Shown: one piece after another, positions 1 to 11,644 of the stretch
Position numbering within the stretch: the first letter of the stretch is position 1
Layout: the number at the start of each line of letters is the position of its first letter
Translations under genes and position numbers: made by a program
Assembly: GCA_000708835.1 (NCBI GenBank)
Contig: DF237449.1
Location: 1-64,000, forward strand
Reading direction: 5' to 3'
Origin: Klebsormidium nitens
Lineage: Eukaryota; Plantae; Klebsormidiophyceae
Length of the DNA: 64,000 nt
Notes under the pieces: model-generated
Told to the model about the DNA's origin: nothing
Databases searched by the model: none
The model's input: only the letters and a program-made list of their open reading frames with translations

Positions 1-168
1 AGGGACTTGTCCAACAAGAGGACAGAAGTTGTCTTGAGCAGAAAGACAGCAATTTTTCTGAGCTGCGCCATCGCTTGAGAACGCCTGCCTTCATGGTTTC
101 CGCACATGAAAGCTAACCGTGTATAGTTATCCTGCCAGCTCCCTGCATATAGCTGGCCAACCATCACA

Positions 169-1656
169 TTGCAGCACCGGGCGCGGCAGTATCGCTGGGC
201 TGGGAACCACCTCGTACGGCGGATGGAGGGGGGTGGTGAGCGAGTGGTGCCTCGGGTGGGGGAGCGGGAGCGTCTCATCCGAGACGTGCACGAGCGCGCA
301 GGGCACTTCGGGGTGAAGAAGACCCTTTCCCTGCTGGCTCCCCACTACTGGTGGTTGGGATTGGCTACGGACGTCGCGCAGGTGGTGCGCGGCTGTGAGG
401 CGTGTGATCGGGTAAAGGCGGCCTTCAACGTCAAGCACCCGACGCTGCAGCCACTGCCGATCAAAGGGCTGTTTTACAGGTGGGGCCTGGATTTTGCTGG
501 GCCTTTGCCCAAGTCCAGCAGAGGCCAGCAGTATGTGCTGGTCATGGTCGAGCATTTCAGCAAGACCATAATCCTGGCGCCCACCCAAGACAAGGAGCCG
601 GGCACGGTGGCGGGGGTGTTTACCCGCGAGGTCTTGACCCGGTTTGGAGCGTGCGCGGAGGTGGTCACGGACAGGGGTGGGGAGTTCGGGGGCGAATTCC
701 AAGCATGCCTGGATGCGGCCCTGATCGACCACAGGGCGACGTCGGCCTACCATCCGCAGGCCAATGGGTTGAACGAGCGGGTCGTGGGGTTGGTGAAGCG
801 GGCTTTGCGCAAGTGGTGTCTGGGGCATGCAGCAGAGGAGTGGGACGTCTACCTGCCGTGGGTGGCCATGGGCTACAACTTCAGCGCGCAGGCGTCCCTG
901 GCTGGCTTCTCCCCTTACCAGATCCTGTTTGGCAGGGACCCGGTGGTCCCTGGGGCAATCAAGGTGGCGCTGGAGGAGCCGTTGGACTTGGACCACCCAG
1001 AACGGCTGAAGGCGCTGGTGGCGCAGCGGGCGGCGCTGTTCCGAAGGTGGATGCCCATGGCGATGGGAAACCTTCAGATTGCACAGCACCGCGACACGCT
1101 GCGGTACGCGAAGACGCGCAGCGGGGCTTGGAAGCCGCAGCTGATCCAGTACGGGGTGGGTGATTACGTTTACCTCCAGCGTGAGATGCTGGACACGCTG
1201 GACATCCGGGCGGGAGAGCGCATCCTGCGCATGCGGTCGGTGGAGGCAAACGGCGTGCTGGAGCTGGAGGGGTCGGATGCGAGGACAGTGCGGGTGCACG
1301 TGGAGAGGTGTGCCCCGTGCCACCGCCCCGACGTGGACGGGAGGTTGGACCCGCGGGCGGCAGTGCCGTCCCCAGACTTTGCGTGCACACGGTGTAAGAA
1401 GGCGACCGGGGCTGCGCGGATGCTCTTGTGTGACGGATGCGGGGCGGGGTGGCACTTGGAGTGCCTTGATCAGCCCCTGTCGGCAGTCCCGGAGGGGGAC
1501 TGGTATTGCGGCCGGTGCAGGACAGCTCAGGACTTGCTGGCGCGGGAGTCTGCGGCGCCGTGGGTGGGCCCTGCTGAGCGGGCGCGCGCACAGGGCCCAG
1601 GAGGGGATAGTGCGGCAGCATGCTATTGGCTGTATTTATGGTGTCGAGATGCCTAG
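169..1656 (+). mobile_element. Ty3/gypsy LTR-retrotransposon pol fragment: integrase (HHCC Zn-binding + DDE core) with C-terminal PHD finger; 5'-truncated
   Basis: 495-aa GC-rich ORF. HHCC: HERAGHFG...WW...CEACDR. Core: WGLDFAGP...VVTDRGGEF...YHPQANGLNER. PHD C4HC3: CTRC...LLCDGCGAGWHLEC...DWYCGRC. In-frame stop at 124-126 and lower-GC sequence upstream show RT/RNaseH are missing here. Confidence 0.93.
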
Positions 1657-2093
1657 GCAAGAGACGTATTGAGGCGACAGCTGTCATGCCAGATTGTGTC
1701 GCAAGCGATTCGTATCCGATCTAGTTATTGACCCATGAATTAATTTGGTAGACATATGCCAGTAGTGCAGGCAGTGAGCCAGGCCTAGGCTAGGAGTGCA
1801 GGCAAGAGTGACATGTGAAAGAATGAAGCTGAAGCTTCATTCTTTCTTCTGTTCAATCCAAGGCTGTAAGTAAGGGCGATACTGCGGGATGCTCTTGACA
1901 GCTCATCGGTGGCCTGAAGGAAAGTTTCATGTAAGCATGGTGTATGCGGAGTGTTATTGTGTACCCCAGTCACACCCATGATCCTTCTGTGATGCGTGGA
2001 ATGCGGCGCAAGTCATTCACATAGTGCGGCAGCATGCTATTGGCTGTATTTATGGTGTCGAGATGCCTAGGCAAGAGACGTATTGAGGCGACA
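1607..2093 (+). repeat. Identical 73-bp direct repeat (1607-1679 and 2021-2093)
   Basis: ATAGTGCGGCAGCATGCTATTGGCTGTATTTATGGTGTCGAGATGCCTAGGCAAGAGACGTATTGAGGCGACA occurs twice, 414 bp apart. Confidence 0.95.
1611..2093 (+). mobile_element. Probable 3' LTR (TG...CA, ~483 bp) preceded by a polypurine tract
   Basis: Purine tract AGGAGGGGATAG (1599-1610) directly precedes TGCGGC...; the segment ends ...GCGACA at 2093 with short imperfect inverted termini (TGCGGC/TGTCGC). No 5' LTR in the window to confirm the boundaries. Confidence 0.65.
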
Positions 2094-3999
2094 CTAGTAG
2101 CAGCGCTCTGAGTCTTCATGATTGCGTATATATCATGTTAATGATCCGATCGAGCTACTTTAGAAGGTCACAGCCGTTCTACTAATTCACAATATTTAGA
2201 ATGAGGAATTCACATGGGACTTGAAACTTACAGACTGCACCGATCGTGCAATGGTCCGATCCGATCGCGCGCTATCCGATAAGTTGACCCGCAGGGCACT
2301 GCTTAGCTATTGGTCGATCGCGTTCATACATACGCGCGCATGCTCAGGTCAATGGCACATGGCACAATTAATTGCATTGAACCCATCATTTTCATGCATG
2401 AGCCATGGAACGCCCGTATGATGCCACGCGTGGTCATGGCACGACAGTGACCATCATTACCAAATATTGGCAGGCTAAGCTCATTCAAACAATCATGACC
2501 GGCTCTGGCAACATCTATCAGGCTTGGCTCAGAGGCAGATCACTAATTCATTACTTGTCTTTCAATGTGCACTGCAACCGTCGGCGCGCAATAATGATAC
2601 ACGATTGATGCTAAGCTATTATTGTCGGCCCTCTATAACTCACTAAGCACTTATCTGGACGTGACAAGAGGTTCAGTGCCTACTTGCGGACATGCAAGCT
2701 AGAAAGGTTATCAGGTTATTGAAAGTTCACCTACCAGCCTCATAAGGGAGCAACTATTACGCATGCATGCAATGTACAGTTCTATGTCTGCTGTCAGTCG
2801 TTCTTGTTCTGAGTTTTTGGTCGTCAGGTCTGCAAATGACGCTGAAACTTCGGCGCCCAGTGCTTGGAATAATTTAACGTGGCGTACTTGCGTGCTCCAT
2901 CGTTTCATGTGACAATTAGCGGTGAGCTTTAGCCTCCTGTACGTGCTTGGATTCTCTTGATTTGATACCCCTTCAAGTCCCAACACGTCTCCTACAAAGC
3001 AACAACCAATCTGGAAGCAAGCCTGCTTGTCATGGGCATTGTCACAACCCAGCACCGACTAGGGTTTTAGTGGAGTTATGGCGAGGGGCTCAAGTGAACC
3101 TTGAGATCTATGGAAGGCCGCATACATAGCCGACGGCAACTTGATTATCTTCCGTAGAAGCTGACCGCACTGCATAAGGACGCTGCATCTTGTTGCCGGC
3201 TGCTGCAAAGAAGGAAAACGGTCTTTTGAAGCTGCGGCAGGATTCGGGGCCACAGATACACGTTACGAGACTTGCGCTTGGACTCCATGCCCAACCAGCG
3301 ATTCGCATTAACCGGAAAGGCGCAATCTGTGACTCTAAGCTCAAGCAACGAGGCCCTCTCTCTCCTTGCGAAATGAGGAAGCAGCCGATGTCCACCGGTA
3401 AGAGGAGACACTTACCCGAATTTCGCACTCAGCGCCACTTCGCCGTTGCCCAGCGAATCAACGCTCATCAGTACTCCCCCACTTCGGACGCTTTTATACG
3501 CAGTCTGTACAGGTCCCGCGTCCGCACGACGAGGGCGAGTCCGCAAGCGGCCCCCCCGGCGCAAACGAAGGCCAGCAAAAGCAGTGCTAGCTGAAAGCAG
3601 GTTGCGCCTTGGCAGGAGTGTTCGGATCCTAGCGGGGGGTCAATCTGCGACGCGTGCTGAATTGCGGCTTCTCTATCGTACAGGGTGCCCGTTAGCCACG
3701 TGGAGAAAAAGTAGGCGGAGACTGGGGCGGCAACCCTGTAAGAAGAGAAAGCTTGACTTGCATAAGTCCGTCATGAGCAAATTTTCATCCGAACTCTGCC
3801 CTACCTCAAGATGAATACTTTGGGCACTTTGAACTGTGCCGAAAGCTGGCGTTGTTCCCTCACGGGTACTAAATCACTGTAAAACAGCGTTGCCGATTCT
3901 CAAACAATTACGTCATCTGTACTGAACCCGTCACAGGGCTCTCAATCGCAAAGGTACGTTGGCATCACTGCTCTTGTCGTGTATCAAACGAGTGCAAAC

Positions 4000-6900
4000 G
4001 AGTGCCAGAGGGTCCGCTACGGACCGAGGTCGGTGTTCTTTCACGCGAATCGGGGCCTCCGACTGCTTCACGCTCAAGAAAGTTAATTTCTGCAACGAGC
4101 GGGGCTTTGAGCAGAGACGCACTGACTTTCTGCTGGGAAAGCAGAATAATCATGGCCAAAACACCGGAGGAGGGAGACCAGATCCCACACTGAAAAGCGC
4201 CGAGGTGGATCGCTCACGTGATGGTGTTGTATGTCGCCCCGTAGTGCTGGAGCCCAAACAGCTCTGACGTCAGCACCGGCATGAGCGCCCAATGAGCGCC
4301 TATGGAAAGGCCCACCAGAACCGACCCCACGTATAATGAGTAGACCGCTGCAAATAGAATCACGAATGTTCAGCTTGATGGGAATTCTCGGAGAAGGGGC
4401 CCAAGTCCGCAGAATCTGGTTAATGCAAACGCTTTCTGGAGCCTCACGGAACATGTCCCAAGCATTCTGACGGCGAATCTTACCGACGGCCTGACTCCTA
4501 AAGAGCTAGCCTTGACAATATTAGCCTCACAGGAGAAACTACAACTTGGCACATTCATTGCAAACGCGTACCGAGCATCTCGATGAAGGTTTCGGATCAG
4601 ATTCTAAGAGTTTCTCTCCGCTTCTCGAGCGGACAAGGCGCCTATAGGTAACGTTCAGCAGCAATCGCTCAGAACTTAACCTCTTGCATAGAACGAAGTC
4701 CGAAGGTCCACATGCAGGCGGGCACCAGCAGACTCGGACCACTTTGGACAGGAGCTTCATGTGGGCGAATCTAGTCTGGCAAATCCATGTACGGGAGCTT
4801 CAGCAGAGCCGCTTTATCTCAGTTTCGAATGAAGCCCATGATGGTAATGGAAATGCCAATTGTGAACCTTGATGCCCCGAAGATTACACTTTTTTGTGGC
4901 TTACCGCCTGTTGCCAGGAGCAGGAGTGCCAAGCCCATAAGCGATGTGAAGACAGCGGCGGCGATCGGCCGGGGATAGCCCGCCCGAACAATGCATTCAG
5001 ATGAGTACCTGTGCAGTTGTATTGCAGTAACGTCAGATGGTACCAGATGACCTACCCGCGCATCTTGGTGCCTACTGAAAATGATTTTACGCAAATAAGA
5101 ATGCTCAGGATGACATCCGCGGCCGCTTGACGCGCCAGAAATCAAAAGAGAGGCAACAGGCTATGACCTTGCGTGTATTGCTCTGTCGCACAAAGGTGAG
5201 CCCCGCACCTCAACCACGCACTTCCATACTCCGACCTGCCCTCACGACTCGCGCTGACATGCGGCAAGCAGTGCGACATCTTCTTCGCCCATAAGAAAAC
5301 GTTGCACCCCAAAATAACGAAACATTCTTGAGGAAGATCATAGTGAGCCGAGGTACAGAAAGCGTCAACTGAAACACAATTTTCGCAACTGCACCGCACC
5401 CCTTCCCACGCAAGAACTCCCTGACGTAACCCAGCCGTCTCAGTCGAATCACCTCAGCATACCTTTGTTGAGATAGAAGTACAAAATCCTCACCCGGCCA
5501 GAAGGCGCCCGAGACAGTTCCAGATGCTGAAGAGCGAGATGAAGGACGAGATGCGCGCGTTCCCAAACGAGCGCGCAATCTGCCCGAAGTTGTTGATGAT
5601 CGTCAAGCCGCTTCCCGTGCCAGCTGCAATGATGGCGGCCAACAGCCTGGAAAATGGTGGGCGGGTTTGATAGTCGGGTCAAGTGGAGGGTTAGCGATAA
5701 CCTGATTGGTCCAGGAAGTAGCTGAGAACTAGAAGTAAAGCTGAGGTATAAGATTGAAAAGGAGGGTCAAGCGGTCATGATGAGTTGGAAGGAGAGCGAG
5801 CAAAGGGTAAAGAATCAGCTTGCAAAAGGTGGGTGGGTATACTAATCGGGTCAAGTCGAGGGCTAGCGGTAAACCAAAGGGTCCAGGAACTAGCTGAGAA
5901 CTGGAAAGCAAGCTGAGGTCAAGATTGAAAAGGAGGGTCAGGCGGTTATGATAAGATTGAAAGGGAGCGAGCGAAGGGTTCAGAATCCGCTTGCAAAGGG
6001 CCTGGCTCTTCATACGGCGGGTTTCCAAGAAGGTTGACTTGCAGAGCCCGTTGATACGAACAAGGTTAAGAGGTAGGTTTGAAGGTAGCCTATTTAGAAA
6101 GTCGACATTCAGTTTTGAGAGGTTGTCGTCGCAACACTTCGCATCCAGTGAATATCATTTGGGCCAGCCTCGTACCCGGCCGCTCGAACTCGATCCAAGC
6201 ATTGCACTTTTGCTTTAAAAGCCAACCGTTCCAACTTTCTAAGAAGTGGGGTCGTATGCAAAGGGGCGAACTGAGAGGCGTGCCCTTTCCGGCGACCGAT
6301 GTGTACGGATACAGCAGCTTCGGTCGCTGCACGAAGGCGCCACGAAGCCGGACGGCTCCTTCAATCGACACTGTTAGAGCGCAACTTTGACTAATCGTGC
6401 CGTCAGAACCCTTTTAGATGGCGACAACTGTACAGGGAAACCCCGCGTTCGGTAGGAGCGTATTCTCACCAGAAGTTTGCTGTCTGCACGCTCTCGCACA
6501 AAGTCAGCTCCGGCATCTCGGTGTGAATGGGCTCCTCCTGCAGCAGCTTGCTGCCGTCCTCGTTGTCCGGATCGGGCGAGACCATTTCGGTAGCGTCCGA
6601 TTCCATGGCGGCCCGCTCATATTCCCGACGTCCAATAAACTGGGGAAGGAAGCAACAAAAAGCGAAGGTGAAGACAAAAACCATAAAGAAAGTAGCCAGA
6701 GCGGAACGTGAATAGCCGCACCTTTCAGGGAAACGAAGGAGAAGACGGCTGTTGCAAGTGCACAATGCAGGTACACGACCAGGAAGATTGTGTGTGAGGG
6801 CGACACACTCTTGACATGAATGTTCATATTCCGACAGGTTGCCCAGAAAAGCAGTGGGTGCCTTCCTTCAATGTTGCGGCCCTCGTTCTCTTCAGCGAAA

Positions 6901-9900
6901 CCAGAGTGTGACGTAAGAAGCGTCTCCAGGCAACTTTTTACCTTCTCAATTATGCGGCAAGCAACGAACACCTTGCTCAGGTCGCCGGTTGAAATTCGTC
7001 ACCTTCCGAATTTACCCTATCTTCAGTCTTCCATACGGTTGGCCGCTTCTTGTATGCTTGGTACAGGCCAATTTTGCATAAAGCATAAATCGTTCCACAA
7101 GAATCTGTTAGCAAGGCGTCTCACCGGCATCCCAAGTGGTAGGAAAAGGATGGCGATCATGACGGTGGTCAGCACCCGCTGAGTGCCCACCCCCAACACA
7201 AACGCTTCCTGCACAGATGAACGAACTGTAAGCATAGGCGTGCAGACTAGGACGGCGACAGCACGAGAGTGCTGATGAGCCTTGGAGCTTTCCATACTAA
7301 CAGATACGGATCTTAGCCACCTTTCAATGGCGCTCCCGTGACACCAGAACTCGGATGCGGGCGCTTGAGGCTGAACTACAGAGAAGGTACTCTAAGCTGT
7401 CGCTCAGTGGTGGCTGACTGGAGCAAAAATCACGAGGATCCAGGATATAAGACTGCAAAAGGGACTCACCGAAAGAATAATGGTGACGAAGAGGTACCCC
7501 GCCAGAAGAAGAATGATGTACTGCAGGAACATAAACAAGTCAACTCTATGCCGGCATCTCGTCTCACCAAACACGGTTTTGACTTTTTGACAGTCATTTT
7601 TTGGCAAACTGTGCTTTAGCCTCGCAATTGCAGGATAAGTTCCAACTCTAGCCGGGTGAATCAAATGTTTTGAAGGGTGTTGGGCAAACGGACGAATCGA
7701 AGAGATTGGGTTGCGGTGCCAAGAACCACCTGGCTGGCGCTTTCTATCTTGGACTTGGCGAGGTTTCTTGTGTCGACCAGACAGAGGTCATCCGCAGTGC
7801 TTCACAACCGCAGACGGCCCGAAGACCTGGTTATTTGGTAATATCACCAGTGCATCGTTGCACGAACCCCACTATAGCGAATCAACTGTCGTGAAGACTC
7901 GAGCAAACCGCCATGGAAAGCAAGGTAGGCGAGGAATGGACACCGAATGGCAATGAGCGGAAACCAAGCGAAGAGCGAAAGGCGGGGAAGTTCTCACATA
8001 CGACCACCGAAACCGTTTCGCGATGTCGTGCGGATCCGTGTCCTGCTTGTTGGGGTACGGTTTGATGAAGGCCATGACGGCGGTTAGCAAGACAAACGGC
8101 CCCACTGCTTGCAACAGGATGAAGCGGCTGGGGTAGCCGTCGAAGAAGCTCGTGTAGACCTGCGGCACAAGCGAGCACACAAAAAACAAATTGCATTTAA
8201 CCTGGACAGTATTCAAGGCAAGAGAGGAGCCGAGGCCAAGAACACAAAAGAGCCTTTTTCGACGAGTGCGATTGAAGTAGTCCGAATTTGTTTTCGAAGA
8301 AGCGAGCAGGCATGGTCTTAAAAAAACTACTCCAAAAGACCGGGAGAACTGAAAACCTTGGCTCATATCTCCAATACGCCACGTAAATGATCGTGGGATC
8401 AGCAGCTGGCAGGTTGCTTGTGGAGACTGTGCGTTACTGGAGTTCTGAAGGAAAACCACGCTGGAGATTTAGTCTTGATTAAAGCTTAAGCAGACCAAGG
8501 GGCTGAAACACCCAAACACTGCTCGTTCAACACAGCAGCCCTGATGCGAAGGCGACCTCAGAAAGACGAAGATGTGGGTTGTGATCTTCACGAGCGATCA
8601 CTTCAAATTGACTCTTGATCACAGACACATGAAACTGTGCTACCCGCAAAAAAATCGGCCCGGCTTACTCGTGCAAACATTGCGGTGCTCAATCCGAGGT
8701 ACGCCTTCAGTAGCCCGACAACGTAGCCCCGCTCCAAAGGGAAAGTCTGCATGCTGGAAAACAATGCGTGGTGATGTCAGCATAAACCCGACCACATGGC
8801 CCGCTCTGAGGGGAAGGTCTGCATGCTGGGAACTGCTTAATAGTGACATCAGCGATAACAACCAAAGGACTTTGGAAAGGATGATGCAGCTTATGCGGTC
8901 GTAAGTGGAGGGCAGAATGATGAAAGCCAGTACGGATGCCTAAGGGGTTTGAAAGGAGCACGAAATACAGGATGAGAATCGAGTCGCTCAAGGATCCGGC
9001 CATTGGCTCGGCCCGGAGAAAGTACTCTCAAATCTCAGAACTCGAGTGTTGTCAACCGTCGTATCAAATGTGCAGAGAAGAAGAAGAGAGGATCTTTTGA
9101 GACGGTAAAGCAGCAAGTCTTCACTGGTCTCTTCAATACTCTCGTGCTGTATTCGGCTCAGTCACAGGTCTGCTGAAAAGATTCAACAGCAGGGGGACGA
9201 AATCATGTTGGGCAGTTCGGAAACCGTCACAAGGACTATTGGGAAGTCCTGCCAACGAAGAATCCCAATCAGCGGACTCAAAAAACGTTTCTGTAAGCGC
9301 CACTTTGCGAAATGTTCCAGTGCAGGAAAAGCAAGCATTGGCCAACTTGTCCATGTGGACCTCAACTAAGTAAAGACCCTACATCTCAGTTGACGTTCTG
9401 AGAGAGTCTCAGCGCTTACTTGGTGACCATGATGGCAGTTGACACCCAGGGCTCCCCGTTTGAGCCGACCACCATAAATGCGCAGACCATCAAGTAAGGG
9501 GGTGTGATCACCTTCAGGCTCGTCAGCCATATCTGCACGAGGGATCCAACATTTGGTCGTCCCAAAGTGCATGCGGACTCAGCGAATGTATCCTTTGCTG
9601 CTCTAAGCTCCGACATTTACTTTCTGTCTAGATCAAAGCAACCACTGACATTTGTCATTGGCTCACAGGCTTCGTTAGATACACAGATAACCTCCAGAAC
9701 AAAGGGTGAGGCAACTCCTACTCACCCCCAGATAGCCTGCCAAATTGAAGCTGGCACCGATCAGGACAGAGACCCAAGGGGGATAGAAGTTGTAGAGCAG
9801 TCCTGTTAGAATACCGTAACCCCCTCCAAAGTCCTTGCTAGATCCGAGCCCGTCGATTTGGGTCTGCGACCAGTTCAGCGTCTCTTTGAGATGCTCAGAG

Positions 9901-11400
9901 TAGACCGAAAAAGAATAGGTGAGACCTGAACATGCCTGCAGAAAGAGAAGAATCTGATTTGTCAGTCAGTCTGCGCCGTGAGAGTGTTGAGTTTCTTTTG
10001 AGTGGTGGAATGGGGAACTTTCTTTCTCAAAAGCACATTGAAAGTTCCAAAGAACTGCTGGGAAAAGGGACCTGTTTGGACGTGTATATTTTTCAAGAGA
10101 AACTTGCCGCAAGGCTTGAGATGCTTTCATAAAAGTTCTGATACCGTCCAGACTTCTTTAGAGGATAACTGCTACCGTCCGGAATTGCTCTGATTCACAG
10201 GCTTGATACGAACATCAATGCTCCACCCAAGAGAAATGCGGGCTCTCATACATTTTCCCAGTATGGTTTAGAGTGATGTACCTTGCGTGTACCATGCTGA
10301 AAGAGCGCAGCTTTTGATACGACGGTCAGACTCAGCTCACGCTTTGCATCTAGACTGTCTGGTATAAGCACCTGAGAACAGCATTCAACGGCAAAAGCTT
10401 ACACCACCAACAGTCTTCATGCCGGATGACACTCCATGTTATAAGATCTGTCAGAGTATGAGACGAACCTGAGGTCTTAGAATTAATGCACACTGAAGCA
10501 GAATGTGGTGGTTGAAAGCGTGCTTCTGAAGCAAATGAGCTCTTCATCAAGAGTCTTTCGAAAGAAGTCAAAGCTAAGGTTTTTTTGCTCAGGTCAGCAC
10601 CTCACCGCAGCATAAATTGCAGCAGCCAAGCCCAGCCATTCATTGTCCTTGAGCGTCCGTTGGTGCTTTTCTGACGCTACTGAAAAACTTTGCATGATTG
10701 AAATGGGACTCTCTGATATGATCAAGAAATGGTGGCTCAGCAAGTGTGCGATGCAATCAAAGCGCGCTGCCTTAGTAGCGATAATCGGCTCCTACGTTGC
10801 TGCAACATGTTGCCATACCAATGGGTTTGAATCCAGTGGAGCCAGCTCTGAATGTGTGTCCTGTGCACTAAGCGAGTGCGGAGTCGAGGAGGGGCCCTCA
10901 TTCACAGTCAGTGAGACGATCAACTGCGACCTTATCAAATCCGCTTGTAGACACTCAGAACTCCTTGGACCCTAGGCTTCGCTGCGCATGACACTGGCTG
11001 TCCTGCCTACCACCCTGCTCAATGCTGCCATGCACCTAGCTAGACTAGAGTCTGCGTTTGGAGAAAACGACCTTCCTTCACCTTCCCTCCACCTCGAACT
11101 TGGAAGTTGCATCCCCCTTCCTCAGTCAGGAACTTCAAACTGGATCTTGTCCGAACCATTCCTTAATTCGCGCGCCAGGTGCATGAGAAACCGGCGTGCC
11201 TCGGCCTTCAAAATGGCAGACCAAAACCAAATTTGAAGGAAAACCGGCAGAACGTAGTGCATGAACGGTACTCGTTAACGATAACCTGTTGACCAAACCT
11301 GCAAACACAATGCAATGTGCAATGCCAGCATTGACCAAGGACTCCAGCTAGAGCTTGATGAGGAGGGCGCCTGATTACTCACAGGTACCTGGCCTGAGGA
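4000..11400 (-). mobile_element. Heavily degenerate non-LTR (LINE-like) retrotransposon, RT remnants; boundaries approximate
   Basis: Collinear minus-strand fragments resemble RT motifs: DGYPSRF...KPYPNKQDTDPHDIAKRFRW (7872-8459), EAFVLGVGTQRVLTTVMIAILFLPL (RT box GxRQG-PLSP-LF, 7023-7295), HSGFAEEN...NMNIHVKS (FADD box and LxINxxKS, 6504-6971), and a post-RT P...IF..xxGxG-like segment (4819-5145). Many stops and frameshifts. Confidence 0.65.
5655..6000. repeat. Imperfect tandem duplication, ~172-bp unit, 2 copies
   Basis: TCGGGTCAAGT at 5674 and 5846, followed by matching GGTCCAGGAA..AGCTGAGAACT...AAGATTGAAAAGGAGGGTCA...GCTTGCAAA blocks. Confidence 0.85.
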
Positions 11401-11644
11401 CTCAAAGCAAGCTTGCTTGTTCAGAAGGCAAGGGTTGCAGCTTCATGTGATGTGTGATGTTGGTAAAGCAAGCGAACGTTTCAGACCTGGTGAGACTAAC
11501 TTGTTTCGAAGGGCTGGGGAACGGTGTCTAATCTTAAGAAGCAGCTCCTCGTGCAACTTCGCGAATGCAGGAGCCAAGCGGGTCGGTTATGTTAGGTGGA
11601 AGTAGAAGATAGAAAATCGAAAAATATTGTGCTCAATTGAGGAT

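Noticed and set aside
127-1687. Long overlapping ORFs 127-1455(-), 480-1163(+), 959-1687(-), 1160-1672(+)
   Set aside because: Shadow frames of the GC-rich integrase ORF; low-complexity P/R/G translations with no motifs.
8728-8850. ~72-bp imperfect duplication (CCCGCTC...GTCTGCATGCTGG)
   Set aside because: Two short copies inside a fossil LINE; ordinary slippage.
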